DNA of 64,000 nucleotides from Tubulanus polymorphus (taxonomy: Eukaryota > Animalia > Nemertea). Below, one piece after another: positions 45,301 to 59,600 of this stretch. Under the pieces are notes generated by a model. The model was given only the letters and a program-made list of their open reading frames with translations, searched no databases and had not been told where the DNA came from. The position numbers were made by a program, and so were the translations under genes. Every line of letters starts with the position of its first letter. Positions within the stretch are counted from its first letter, which is position 1. Location of the stretch: assembly GCF_964204645.1 (NCBI RefSeq), contig NC_134027.1, positions 7,224,485 to 7,288,484 of the forward strand, given 5' to 3'.

Positions 45301-46319
45301 GGTATTTCACTATTTATACATAGCCTTACAAGTTATCTAACTGTAGGGGCCCAACTACGATAATCAATGATAAAAGCAGTCACTGAGTGTATATTGATTG
45401 ATGATTATGGTATGATCAATAAACTAGCACCAATGTAACCCAAAAAGATGGTTAGAACTTAAAATACGACATTAAGCAAAATTGAGTTGTCATTGAATTG
45501 CTATGTGTCTATAGCCTGCCATAACTGTAACTACCTCATAAGCACGCCTAATTGGTCAATTAGTTCTATAATGGATGATTACTTTATTGTTTTGCCCACA
45601 ACAAAGAATTATCCAAAACAACCAATCAATCATCAATTGTGAAAACGTGCGCATTTACCAAAAATGTTAAGCTTCATGATTTGAAAGGCAATAGGCCTAG
45701 GCCTAATGTAACGACAAGCACACTCAAACATGGTGAACGGATAATAAGATAAAAACCCACTAGTTTTTAGCTTACTAGGCCTAATGTGTTCTGGGCCACT
45801 GACCAATGCCAGTTGAAGGCCTACTACTTTTACTATACAGCAGCTAAATATCTAATGAAATAGGGAAGTGAAACCCAATCACAGTGCACAAAACAGAGAT
45901 TGGACTGATCAAGACAATGAAGTTATTTTTAGGACTTCACTTCAAGCCAACTTAAAGCCAACCTATACGGCTATATCTCACCCACCCAGACCCAGTACCC
46001 TTTTTCTGTTTAATTTCATCTGCATTCTTATTTTCGATTCACCAGAAAACAACTCACTATTTGTGACATTTCCTTTTCCACCCTTTGATCATTTCACACT
46101 AGAGATAGAGGCCTACTCTTTCTATTTAAATTCCCTAGCCTAGTTTAGTTAGTTTGTGAGATGAGACTAAAGGACTATTTACTCGACCTAAGCACTTACT
46201 ATTTTCCCTTCACTTCCTGATACTGTAGTTTTTGAGAAAAGCCACTAACAATTAAAACTGAATCTACCAAAGGCGGATCCGTATTTACGATATGCCTAAA
46301 TGAATCATAGAATCGAAAA

Positions 46320-46616
46320 TGCAATGGCGGCGGCCATTTTGGATTTCCCGATGCTTGAATTGTAAATGTCAACATTTACGTTGACATTCTATTCGAACAG
46401 CGCGCTGTGATGAAAATAAGTTTACTGACCAGGCAACTAGATGATTTAACACATAAGAATTAACCTGTTCAGTTACACATTTCGTTTAAGCCTTACCGTT
46501 TTCTTAAATATCCGGTAATGAGTAGAAATATCTAATCCGAGGAAAGCCCTCTTCACACACCTTCAGTGGGAACTCTGTTGAGTGACGTCATTTGCCAATC
46601 AATCGTCCACGTGACC
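46320..46616 (-). promoter_or_regulatory. Probable neuroglian promoter / TSS region
   Basis: YY1-like GCGGCCATTTT ~46330-46340, CRE TGACGTCA 46583-46590, CCAAT 46595-46599, E-box CACGTG 46608-46613. A minus-strand donor GTAAGTGC at 46199-46192 suggests a non-coding first exon. Confidence 0.45.
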
Positions 46617-48847
46617 ATAGCGTCCTCCAATCGCACCTGTGACAGCATAAAACCGTGTTCGAATCCTTGCGATCCAGGAAAAAAAATAGAAAATCTCGAT
46701 ACATGCAAATCCAAAAGAAAATCGGGACATAAAATATTTTCTGGCGAATTAATTTGGAAGTGGACTTAGCCATTGTGAGCACGCTATTTCTCCAATAATA
46801 CTAAAGCTTATATAACATTTCTGATAACTTGAACAATCAATTTCTTTTTTCACCATTCCATTAGGGTAAGAAAGCTTCGTCAGTGACAAAGTGAAACCAA
46901 TTAGGGAAAGATATCGAATATTTGGATCTGCGGAAAACCCACTCCTCTCCTCAATCTAATCGCTCTCCATTCTGTCCTATGCCATATCTTGGCCCTGCAC
47001 TAACTAAGAAAGGATTCGAGCAAGATTTCAGGATTTTTCACTAATTCATGTGACCCTTTCTTGAAAAAAGAAAGTGTACCTGTGCGATATCAGTATCCAC
47101 TCAGAATGAGGTTGCAAAATAGCGTTTACAAGAATAACGCCATATTCAGGCTGTCCACTTCCAATTTATTTTCCATAAATATTTTTCTGCAATAAATGCA
47201 CTGTGAATTTCCCGTTTTTATAAGTGGAGAAGATACACACTATCCGCGTAAGATGAATACGACAGAAATCCCACAATAATCTAGCCAAAGTCTTCAATTC
47301 TTCAATTGTAAATACATGTATATCTGAGCAACGTTTCAGCTCAAGACTATATTTAGCCATCATCAGGGGTACTCACACCTGTCACGGAAATGTCTCTTTG
47401 TATGCTGGTCCATCTGATCATCAAGTAAAAATATGAAATTTGGACTAGTAAACTTTCGTTTTAAAACATAATTTATTCAATAGCTGCTTTTTAATACATT
47501 TATGGCGGCAGTAACATCAGCTGATAGCAACATACATTAAACATTTAGTAGCAGTTTGGACAAAATGCTCATAGTGATCTCTGCAACATCTATGACATTA
47601 CCTATTTTGGTTGAACTGAGTACATCTCTATTTGACTGCAGTTCAAAATGAGACATTAGTTCATTTGATATCAACTTCATCTATACACATAAAATTTGAA
47701 TTTCTTTGAAAAAAATTAATGCAAAACCAATTTTGGACTATGGCCTGATACCACGAATGGATCCTGTAATTTGCAGAGAATTGCTGATATACAACTAGCA
47801 GATGACACTAGTGGGAATTTAAAAAAAAAATCAACATACTGAATACACAAAGATCTCATAAGTTTTAGAAATTTGTTGCCTGCATGAGCGAATTACTGCA
47901 GACTATGAGTCACTGCACTTGCTGCGACTCGGATCAACCGGATAACAGATCTTGATTCGACTTTGGTTTCCATATCGCCATAATTATCGCTATGAAAAGC
48001 ATCATATTAAATGGTCGTGCGATTGACTACTTTTTATGATGAAAGACAATTAACAGCGATTCAATATGTAATTCTATGATTTATCTGAAAATAATTCTGT
48101 TGAAACCATTATAAAAACTGACATCACATTGGAACATTTGAGGTGAGCCAATCACATCAATATTCTCATTGAAACGATTCATTTGAAAATAGAATAAGTG
48201 CAAATTCTATAAGTATGATGGTGGCCCACTCTAATCCAGGTAAACATTTGAGTTACTACCATTGTTTTTTGGCAGTTACTATGTATTATGAAACTCTTTA
48301 CAATATATATATTTATCATAAGCTAAAATATCAAAAGTTGATGTACACGTAGTAACTGCAATCATTCTAGTACATCTATTATCATTCTAGAATCTATTTC
48401 ATCTTAAACTCCCAACTGAATAACATTTACATCATTTTACTAGTAAGCACATTTCAACATAAGTTTATCTCAAATAACATAATTATTTAAACAATTTGAC
48501 TAGAGAAGATCTGAAAAGCAACCTTCAAACCTTGGAGCAATAATTTGATCACTGTCAAATGATTACTCCAAATTTGAACAGAAATGAAACAATTCATGCC
48601 ATGCTCATTCTAACCGATGCACAAACTAAGTTCTAATGCGAATTGTAATATTTAAGAATAAAACAACCTGCTTCACACCTTCATGTTAAACATTTCAAAA
48701 TTGAAATCTCGAGTCTGGTTGAATCTTCAATCAAAATGATAATTTGGATCCATATCATTTAGATATAATCAAACAATAAAGCAATTTTTCAACATGAAGA
48801 CGTGGCATGGATTTATTTATTGTAAACAAAATGCACAAACCACATGG

Positions 48848-50601
48848 CAATAAAGAAGTTTCCAGTTTCTAGGCGCCATTTTGTGGCGGTCCCTCGAGGT
48901 CCCCATTGTTGCGATGATTTGCGCTCTTTTTTTAAACATAAGTTTAGATTGAATATCATATAGTTCTGCAGCCCCTTGCTCGACGAAATCAATTTCTCAC
49001 CATTTTAAAGGAAATGAAATGCAGATATTTGCTGGCGATTCTTGGAATTTTTGAACGCAACAATTGAGAACAGTGACGATGTGAAACCAAGGACCGCATA
49101 TCTTAACCGTGCGTAAAAGAAACCGCAATATCTATTAATTTTGAAATATCTAAGTATTTCTCGAAGCAATATTTCCAATTTTCACAGAGGTTAAAGAGGG
49201 TAATTTGCAGTTTAAGCCTGCGTTAAAATCTTTTGAATATCTTTCCTGACGACTGATCCTTACCCGCTTGAATTTGAGACTACGCGCAAAAGGGGTCTCC
49301 CACTGCGCATTGCAATTTCACTGAACATTGAGATTTGCGACAAGAAATCTTTAAATGCAATTTGATTTCTTCACATTTTCATGGGGATATTTTGAGATGA
49401 TAATCCATATCTTGTTTGTACCGTATTTTGGCGGGGCCAATTCGTTTAGCTGGTTTCGGCGTCCGGTTTGTCCCGCTATTGAAGTTTGAACGGCCCAGTT
49501 GAGGAATTGTCGTATAAAGCCCGTCCAGCCTAGCGCCGATTTTGTGTTCGGTGAAATCAAACGTTTTAGAGTCGATGGTGAAATGTGCCAGTCAATTTAA
49601 ACGCTTAGGACATATTTAACACATATCCCTCTCTGGTAATCCCTCATTCTGTGATCATATGATGAATTTACTGAATCTCAACCTTCTTGTTGGAAAACAT
49701 CGACCAGAAAACCTTACTGATATAAAATTCCAATATAATATTTAAAGGGGTTCATCTGTCCCCCATTTGATATTCTGTTTTAGGGGGTCAACTAGTTTGG
49801 CAACTTTCAGCTGCGCCACATATTCAAAAATATATAAAAACTTAGAATTTTTTTCTAGTGTCCAACCATGAGTGGTACATTCGGTTGAAACGCAAATTAG
49901 GTTCTCAATTAGGCCACATTTGCAACCAACACGGAAAGTCCCCACTCTTACAAGAAATCCTTTAATTTCCCAACGCTACAAAACTCAAATTCATCAAAGC
50001 ACTCAAAGTCCATTTTCAACCATACGAAAATAAAGGTAATATATAACCATCAGAAGCAATATCAATAATTACAAACCAGTATAAAATCTTATTTCTGCGA
50101 TTTCTTTTCACAAATCTCAATGTTCAGTGAAATGGTGGCGCGCAGTCGGAGACCCCTTTTGCGCGTAATCTCAAACTCAAGCGGGTACAGATCAGTCGTC
50201 AGTAAAGGTATTCAAAAAAATTAAACGCAGGCTTAAACTGCAAATAACCCTCTTTAACCTCTGTGAAAATTGGAAATATAGCTTCAAGAAATACTTAGAT
50301 ATTTCAAAATTAATAGATATTGCGGTTTCTTTTACGCACGGTTAAGATATGCGGTCCTTGGTTTCACATCGTCACTGTTCTCAATTGTTGCGTTCAAAAA
50401 TTCCAAGAATCGCCAGCAAATATCTGCATTTCATTTCCTTTAAAATGGTGTATAAATTGATTTCGTCGAGCAAGGGACTGCAGAACTATATGATATTCAA
50501 TCTAAACTTATTCTTTAAAAATGAGCGCAAATTATCGCAACAATGGGGACCTCGAGGGACCACCACAAAATGGCGCCTAGAAACTGGAAATTTCTTTATT
50601 G
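48848..50601. mobile_element. Foldback-type non-autonomous element: ~500-bp inverted repeats around a 750-bp spacer
   Basis: Arm 48848-49349 (CAATAAAGAAGTTTCCAGTTTCTAGGCGCCATTTTGTGG...) is the highly similar reverse complement of 50099-50601 (...CCACAAAATGGCGCCTAGAAACTGGAAATTTCTTTATTG). No transposase ORF and no clear TSD. Confidence 0.85.
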
Positions 50602-50606
50602 ATTGA

Positions 50607-53600
50607 CTATGAGTTCAAAGATTTCACTTTGAGGTTGACATAATCAGTAGCTTTCTGATGAAGTTGTCGAGGTTGCGCTAATTTCTCGCAAGCCCGTTTC
50701 AGTTTCTGTTCGTTTTTACGACAGTAAAATCGCGTTTCGTAGTTCATCAACTCGAGCTTGTCTGGTCGTATTTCGTCGAGTTGAAACTCCTCCGACAAGT
50801 ACGGGTTGAAACGGAAATATATCGACGGCGGCAACAAGTCGTACATCATCGTATGTACAGCTGAAAATATACAGAATATCAAGTTGAAGTATCGACAAAA
50901 TTAGAAGCAATCAATTTAAGGAGTAAAAACATGTCACTTTCCTGTAAAGTTGAAATTGACAAGAGTTTGCATATGTTTCAATCAGTTTGTGATTTTGTGT
51001 TGAATGGATATATATAAAATCTTTTAAAATTCAAACCTTGTTATCGCGATCTCAGATCTTGGAGTAATACTCCAAGCTCACATGTAATGATTTAATGATG
51101 GTAAAATATTACAAACGTAGAATTTCATCACAAATTACATAAATACAGTTGAACCTCATTAATACGATCATTCTGAAACCCGTTAATTACCATGATTTTC
51201 AGCATGTCCCGGCTAAAACTCATATCAATCAAGCTTGGGATAATATGAAACCCGCTTAATACAACTATATTGGTTATAACGAATATATATATCTTCTGGC
51301 CCCTGAAATTCGTTGTGATGCGGCTCCACTGTTTTACCAGACAGTTCGAGCATGGACTCTAAAACATTTAGAGTCCATGGTTTAACACCACACAAATTCA
51401 AAAAAGTAAATCATTGGCTTGACGGTGGCAATAAACAGTTAAGATGAAAAATGTTTCCTTTCACGAACAAATAATGGGCATACCTCGAGCGTAATACCAA
51501 CATATTTCTCAAATAAAAGATGTCATCGAAATAATTTATCTCCATTGCATGGAGATCAAGATCAACAAGCACAAGAATAGGAAAGATTGAACATCGAACT
51601 AGACAGTATGAGAAATGAAAGGAAAAATACATGACTGAGAAATGTTTGACCAAATTGGTGATTTATTATAGTCCAGCTTATTACTGTATTCCAACAAATA
51701 AATGCCATACCAGCAGCTTTCAACTAGAGACAATAAAACAACTGTGGTAAATAACAAATTGCATAGCAAACACAGTTGAATAATGAGGTAAATAGATGAT
51801 CATTGACCTGTTATAAAGTAGCTGGTGGTTTGTCATAATTAACACTAAGCTCATTGAAGAAGGAAACGAATCTCCAAAACTATGATTTTTAAACAGAAAT
51901 CTGACCAAGGAACAAAGATATGAGGTAAGAGGGCAGTTGCGTCGCTAGTCAATGAAGTTCTACATCTGGAACATCAAATGCAAATACATAATGGTGGGGC
52001 TAAAAATTGATACTACGTCTCTCTCATTTCTGCAGAGCTACCCTGTAGGCCTAAGTTACTTTTTAAAAAGATATGATCAAACTAACTATAAATCACCTGG
52101 CAGTTATAGAAATGAATTGTGATTGCACATGTAAGTGCGATTTACAAAATGACATGGCCGATTAGGGGAAACAAGGTATCATTTTTAGCCTAAATACCTA
52201 CGAATTACATAAATGGTACTAAGTAATCACCTGCTACCAAAAATATATATTTTTGCTGCTACTTATTTGACACGTGCGGCAGTTTAGTACCTGTTCAAAT
52301 GTGTACTGTCTATAACTTTATTATAAGGTACCGTGGACATTATCGATGTCATAGGATCACAATGACCGTAAAAATTTCCAATAAAAAAATTATGTTAACA
52401 TTGATGGCAGTAATGTTTCGATTAAAAACTTCTCCATTTCAAACCATACTTCTATTAGAATATATTCAAGGCACCCTCTCCCAATACATGCTATCCCTAA
52501 AAATGTTTTGGTAATTTGAGACATACTTATCTCTGTCGCCCGGTGACCTAAAAGCATTGAGTAAATATACTCAATACTTCATAAATGGAGAGCACTATGG
52601 GCTGAATTAATGATAAATCATAATCATGATATCATCCAACTAGATTATATAGATACAACATACATAAATACATACATATATCATGAGAATGATCATTTGA
52701 TATTTTCATGAAATTATTTGAATAATCTTTTTGAGTAAAGAGATCAAGCTGGGCTTTGACTATTGGTATATTTGGATGTATGACATTAGTATCTATGTCA
52801 TATTCTTTAAACGCTATTCTTGTCCGCCTTTGGTAGATACTCCTCCATACTATACTTTCTTTTGATGACTTCTGATGTCCAAAATTCCACCCACCATAAG
52901 GTGTACGTATATCATGTCACTGTAGCAGCAGTTTAGTGGAAGTCCATATGGTCTCTTTAATTCTAATCTGTGCCACAACTGCTGGGGACCACAGCTACAT
53001 AAAAAGCTCCCCGTTATCAGAGAGTGAATGGAATAGATGAATAATCTCATTAGAAATTCATGAAAAAACCACTGATTAGTTGTTTATTGTTAATGATATG
53101 ATTCATTTCTGCCCCAATTAAACGACTGAGACGGACTGACGACCGACAAACTTTGCACGGATGCATCTAATGTCATGGTAAGGTAATTTCAGCCCGTGTT
53201 CCACATGTTATATCAACACAACATCTGCAATAAAAATGACTCATCCAAATTGATAATATCATCGTTCCTGAACTGAGTCTTTTCTCTAGAAATTGTCCTA
53301 TTATGGATGATACGTGAACCCTTGAAAAATAACACATATTTCGTAATATTGTCGACAATGAATAATATGAATTAAATAATATTAGGGGTCAATGAAATCA
53401 TTCTCATTTGATTTATATCGATAATTGAATTGAACTGACTGGCAACCAGTCTAGCCCCGATATATTGATGACGTAGTGCACAATCTCTCAAAAATGATTA
53501 TCAGAATTCATCAAAAATAAAATGAGTTATGAAATATATTTGATTACAAAATAAATGCCAAAATTCACAATTGTAATTGTTATTTTGAAACGCAAATATT

Positions 53601-56600
53601 GATGACTAGTGCCATCAAACCCCTAATAACGCATACTCAGTATCAATGTATATAGATAAACATAATTGTAACAGTTTTTATGGCTTCAAAAAAAATCGCT
53701 GATGCAATTCCCATTACAAAGGAAGAAATCTCTCTGCAATCTGATTTGAAAATATTTGTCAGTAGTACCTTAAATCTGTTCAAACTCCCCCTAAAAACGG
53801 AAGAGGATGGTTTATTATTTACAGGCACCTGTAACAAGACCTTTTGAGCGGTTGCTATAGAAACATTCGAGTAGAAAGCCGAGAGCCACACAGACTAAAA
53901 CTGGAGAGAATAACTTTTTTGATCCCTGATCTCAGTTCCACAAAATCATCTCCTATTCACTGGGAGTTTAAAGGAAAATGATCGCGCCCATAATTGTTAT
54001 GATATTTACTGACAATGATTATACAGCCAATCTGAAATTGAAGATATTTGCAAAACGTGGATTATATGAATAAGTTCAGGGAAAGGTATACAACTTGGGA
54101 AATGATTGAGTTCATGAGATGAGCAATGCTAACAATCCGCACGGAGAAAGGCTTCCCACTAGTAAACATTAGGTAAACCTACTCAAAGATGTATTGGTCC
54201 TCCCTTTTGAACCAGGTATGCAAATAGAAAAATTATGCCAATTCCAGTTCACTAATTCAATTTCTATCTTGTCATAAACAAACTGATAGCAAAATTATTT
54301 CATGAAAACATTCCCTGTCAGTCAAAGATGACTGATTTACATATCCGTCTCCTTTGGAAAGGTTTTCCTGATATTATTCTAACGATGTAATCTGTCGTGA
54401 TTATCAGGGATGGTCGGCTGGCAGACGGAGTTTACAGCGATGTCGATGAAGAAGCGTTCTCACAGAGAGAAATTCTATCGCTTGCTCTAGGAATGAACTA
54501 TCGCTATTAATTTGATTAACGACCTCCTCGTATGAGAATTCAAATAGCTGTGAAACAATCGATTGTAATTAATAAATTGAATGACGATGGATCTGCAAAA
54601 GCTCTCATATCTCACCAGGAGACAGACATACTCAGGAGACACAGACACACACTCTAATGTCTTACAGCTCCTCATTTCATCATTACACTATAATTTTTGG
54701 CCTTCGGCGCACAATGTCATCAGTATTGTAAGGTGGTTAGAATTTTTACTGAATTATGTAAATCATCAAGTTTTAAGATAAAACACACAGAAAAGTGAAT
54801 GAAAACCACTATTTTCAACATTTCAAAGGGTCTTCACGTCTTCCTTCTTAGAAGTTTCACAATCTTTTTTTATGAAGAAATGAGTCTGTTCATTGATTGA
54901 TAATTGCAGTGTCTCTGAAGTCTTTTTACCAGATATTTCAAAGGCTCACTACATTGGGCATCGAAATAACCTTCGCACTGCGGAGGATCAACAAGTCAAT
55001 TTACTTAAAGCGATCATCGTAAGCCGAGAAGCTTTGATGTTACATCGAATCTGGCATGAGTCATACTGAGAATGGAGGAAGATTTTTCTGGTCCCCACTA
55101 AAGAAATGATTGATATTTTTTTCAAGACACGCTTGACGAAGTATCACGGGTGATTGTAAAGTAAAATGACAGAGCGAGCCATGTGTACTCACACCTATTT
55201 CGAACCGTTGGGATTTTGTGAGTTCTGAGACAGATCTATCAACTTGTTGCAATACGAGCACCCATGAAACCCGCAGTATGGTTGTTGATATGAAATCAAT
55301 CACTGAGTCACCGGGTATATACCAATACCACGACCAGTGGGAGTTAATGGTTCAGTTTATGAGAAAGAAATGTTGCTATCAAATTTCATCTATCAAAAGT
55401 GGTTTAGATGATGTATAAAACCTGATAGATCACGGTGTTCATACAGTGGACGTCGGGTGTAAAAACATTCACCGGTTGAAAATGATAGTTTCAACCAAAA
55501 TACGCGGTTGTACGGTAAAATGAAATATTTCGGAAATTAAAGGAAAGCACATTTAGACTATTCACTGTGTATGAATATCTGCCACAAGTAAAATTGGAGT
55601 GCAGCGACGAGAAATGAATCATTTTCGATATTCCGTTGATGGAGGCTTCATCCTTATCTTTCACTCGAATACTTCAAACTTGCAGCCGATAATCTTCGCG
55701 CTTCCTACGCATCATTTTAGCAACAAATAATGACAGCCATGCCGGATTAGGGAAAAACTGATTCATTGATTATAAGCGTACAGCGCAAAAACATATACAA
55801 CCATCTCATCCGGGATTGTATATTCAAATCGAGACCCATCTCCGAGGGTTTATAAGCAGCGATTTCATTAGGAAGCGAAATATCCGAGTGGAAACTCGTA
55901 AAGCGTGTACGGTCGTTCATAGATAGAATTACAGAATCCAGGTCGCATTCACATTTAATTGAATGTAATTGATCGAAATGAAATGACAGTCAGCAGTAAT
56001 GAGTTTATATAATTCGACGAGGACCGGCCATCATTTAGGGAATCGTTCATTAGAGACATAGAAGCTAATGATGATAACAATATGATTTATTTATATACCG
56101 CTTTCAACTGTTTCAACTATTAGAGCATTTATATGAAATATATACACCATCCTATTAGATTTCGATAAAATGTTGGTTAAAAAGGTAGGTTTTCACTCCA
56201 GGCTTAAAATGTATCAATACCCGTGTAGCTGTAGATAGTAGAGACTATTTTCAATCTCGATATATCTCTGAAGATGGGTGGAAGTAATCCTCCCGAAACA
56301 TCGGAACAAAAGTATCAAGAACTGTTTGTTGAATCTATATTGTGGGTGAAACAACTATCCGTGTAGCTGTGTAAATTGAAATGTAAATTGTCACATAAAA
56401 TTGAAGCAGCCGAGGCAAATCTCTTTTACCGTAAAAAGTTGTATTAATTAGGTAGGCCTATATGAGACAGAATAACTTGAGATCTAAGACATCGACTAGG
56501 TCTATGAAGAGACAGCACAGAGGAAAGACCATAGAGCTGTCTACAGCAGCAGCACCTCTCGGTCCATTGGGAATCACATCGGGAAAATTTATCTACCTAT

Positions 56601-59600
56601 CGAACTGTGAGTCACCGCGAGACTCACTCGGCGTCAGTCGGGTCGATTCAACGTCGCCAGCAACTGATCCGAAATACAAATTTGTCATTAATTGTGTAGT
56701 CATGTTTTTCTGTCGTGTGCGTTCCCAGCTGCACGCGCACGCGGGCCCCGCATTGATTGATCAACCACCTGATGATTCATCCGAGAAATTCATCATTAAG
56801 CCCCAGTAACACAATCACAGATGCCGGAGTACTTCGCTTTTAAGACAAGCAAAGTACACTATCTTCTACATGGAAGCGACTCAATCAATTCGAGTCTGAT
56901 GATATATCAGCGAAACATCCCATATTGAAATAGGCAGTGTACAGGGTGGCCTCTTTCAACCAATTAAGAGAAAATTCCCCGAGTAAATCAGAAGAATTTC
57001 TTGGTTTAAAATGTTACAATTTATTGATTTTTTTTTGTGAATCCATTGATGGAAAAACGCGTGGTCACTAACAAATCCATATCCAAATTCCAGGAGTTTT
57101 CCAGGATTTTTTCAAAATTTTCCTGATTTGTGTCTAGATTTTTCTGACTCTCCAAGTTTTCCAAGTCAGCGGTCCTTCTGTGTGATTAGAATGGTTGGAG
57201 CAATCTATGGTCTTGGGCTGAATTCAAGTTTGTTGATATGCAAACAAACATCCGAAATTGAAATAGGCAGTGAGAGTAAATTGTTAAGAGCATTCTACCC
57301 CGCGTCTTGGGCTGAATCCAATAGAATACCATATATAACATTTTAGGTGTACCTGTCTCTCTCTACCATGAGATTTAGTAGCTCATTGCTATTTCCACCC
57401 AGGAATTTGAGAAATAGGATTGATTCTGATCATATTCACATCGTGGATACTGGCACTAACTCTTACTAAAGTCATTATCATAAAGAAATGCAATTCAAAG
57501 TGATAAGTATCAAATTAATAACCTAAAGTGATTTCTTATCGTCATTCTCGATGATTATGCCATGTGAGATCTACAGCCAAACGACAGAAACGTTAATTCA
57601 GATGTACGGGTTTTTTATTCAATGCATATAGTAACAGAAGGGCTATGAGTCAAAGCATCCTCAACGTTACCCCCCAGAGGAAACGGTATCGCCATCTAAG
57701 GAATGTATTCGTTCTAATCAACTGAATGTACATGACACAATTCACATCACAACAGCATACACTGCGTAACATGAATTACTGAAAATACAGGAAACGACAC
57801 ACCATATCTCGGACAGGCTCAGTTGATTCAAATTGTTTGGAAAATAAACAACGGTTATCAAAGATATGTTGATTCTGGCAAAGGTAAATTCCATAGTTTT
57901 TGTGAACATGAATGAGACACACAGGATGAAGGAATACATTATAACCTTGGGGCGCAGGATGGACATGATATTTCATTCGCTGTAAAAATATGAGTCATAA
58001 GCATTCAGCCTTCAGTAATAGACAGGAAATCAGAGGAAAGAAAAGTCTCAGAACAGTGCAGTAATTTGATAAAGCACGATATAAAGCCCTTAATCTTTAA
58101 TCAACCCAGTCTCTAGGAGTACTATCTTTAAAAAAAAGTACCTTAACGCGAGCATAGTTTTGGCTAGGATAGCAGTGTGAAAAATCTATCATGTATGAGA
58201 TGATAAGCTTAGTATTCAAGAGGACTACTAGTTAGTAACCTAACAACAAATTATTAGAGAACTGAACAGATCCATGGATGTTCCTTCGACCATAATTGGG
58301 CTGTAGATAATGTGCGATTTGAATTTTTCAACAATCCATCAACTCTCCTCATCATTGCTTTTTCTATTGCAAGTGATAAGGGATTGTCAATGTTTTCGCG
58401 AAAAGCATTAGTCAAAATGCCAGGAAGTACTCAGGATAGAATAACTGCTGGACACAGTTCAAAGATGTGAAATTGAAAGCAAGTTAAGTAGATATCATCA
58501 AGTACAGATCTGGATCCAAGTCTGGCTAAAAAGATTTGTGAATCAAAACTCTTAACCTAGATAAGCCTAATAGGCTTAATTCGATCTTTCAAACTTTTGA
58601 GTGAAACTTCTCTGCTATCAGATTCAATAAAAAGATTCAACTGAAAAAGCGATCACAGCGATAACATTAACAGAGATGAAGAGAAATCATTGACGAAAAT
58701 TGTCAATCGTGTTTCTCTCCCCAGTAAGCACATCAAACAGCTCGACAAAAGAAGAGAGATTTAACGAAACATAGACAGGCTTTAATAAAACGACTAACAG
58801 TTTCTTATCAGCGCAGAAACATTGCTCATTGATTGTCGAGTAAATGATAGGCGCGTGTAAAATCTATTGATGTAAACGTCGATGAATTCAATGCAGTCTG
58901 CCACCCATTCACGTAATGACATATACCTCTCCTAAGCAGCGGCGATGCTCTTAAGAAATGCAGTTCTTCGAATGAATACATACTGCGTCTGAAATCTGTT
59001 GGTGGATGTGATGATTTTCAGACGAATGTATACAACTGCAATTTTTTTAAACAAATATAACCGCTATCATTCTCAGGGACAGAATTCTAAATCAGTAATC
59101 ATTAATCAAGTCATTGATTCTTTTGGATTCAGGAAGAAAGAATCAATACTTCGCAATCAAATCATCTAATTCTTTTCAATTAAGGAAGAAAGTATGGATA
59201 CGTATTTTTTTGGGTTGAAGATGAATTCAAGAAAAGATCGATAATGAAAAAAAGATTTCCCATCTTTATAAAAGACCCATACATAATGTGCCTTTTCTCC
59301 GGGGAAAAGCAGCAACAGTCATCATCGACTAGAGCGGCGCTTGTATCAAGAAAGTAATGCAGTCTGACAAGCATGACTTGAATAAGCATTCATACGCAAA
59401 TCGAAGCCTTTTTTATGCCATCTTTGTACTTCATTGTGCATTCACTGATTAATTATTAATGCACAACATGTTTACACATTTATACAGAGGAAGACTGATA
59501 TAGCTGAAAACAACACTGACGCAAATGTTAATCGTAACACCTACCAATAATATCCATTCGTTACTATTATCATTCATTTTAAATTGAATACATTTTTTAA

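Noticed and set aside
46595-46611. ER-stress element (CCAAT..CCACG)
   Set aside because: The spacer is 7 nt rather than the 9 required for an ERSE.
50349-50606. 85-aa ORF in the inverted-repeat arm as a transposase or gene
   Set aside because: No recognisable motif, and the frame differs in the other arm.
56769-56795. CTGATGA...GAAA as a fourth hammerhead
   Set aside because: Stem II and stem I pairing are inadequate and there is no TSD.
56941-57180. CAGGGT-type DNA-transposon remnants (also ~4860-5262, ~15580-15728, ~59900-59941)
   Set aside because: Too degenerate to define ends; ordinary repeat decay.
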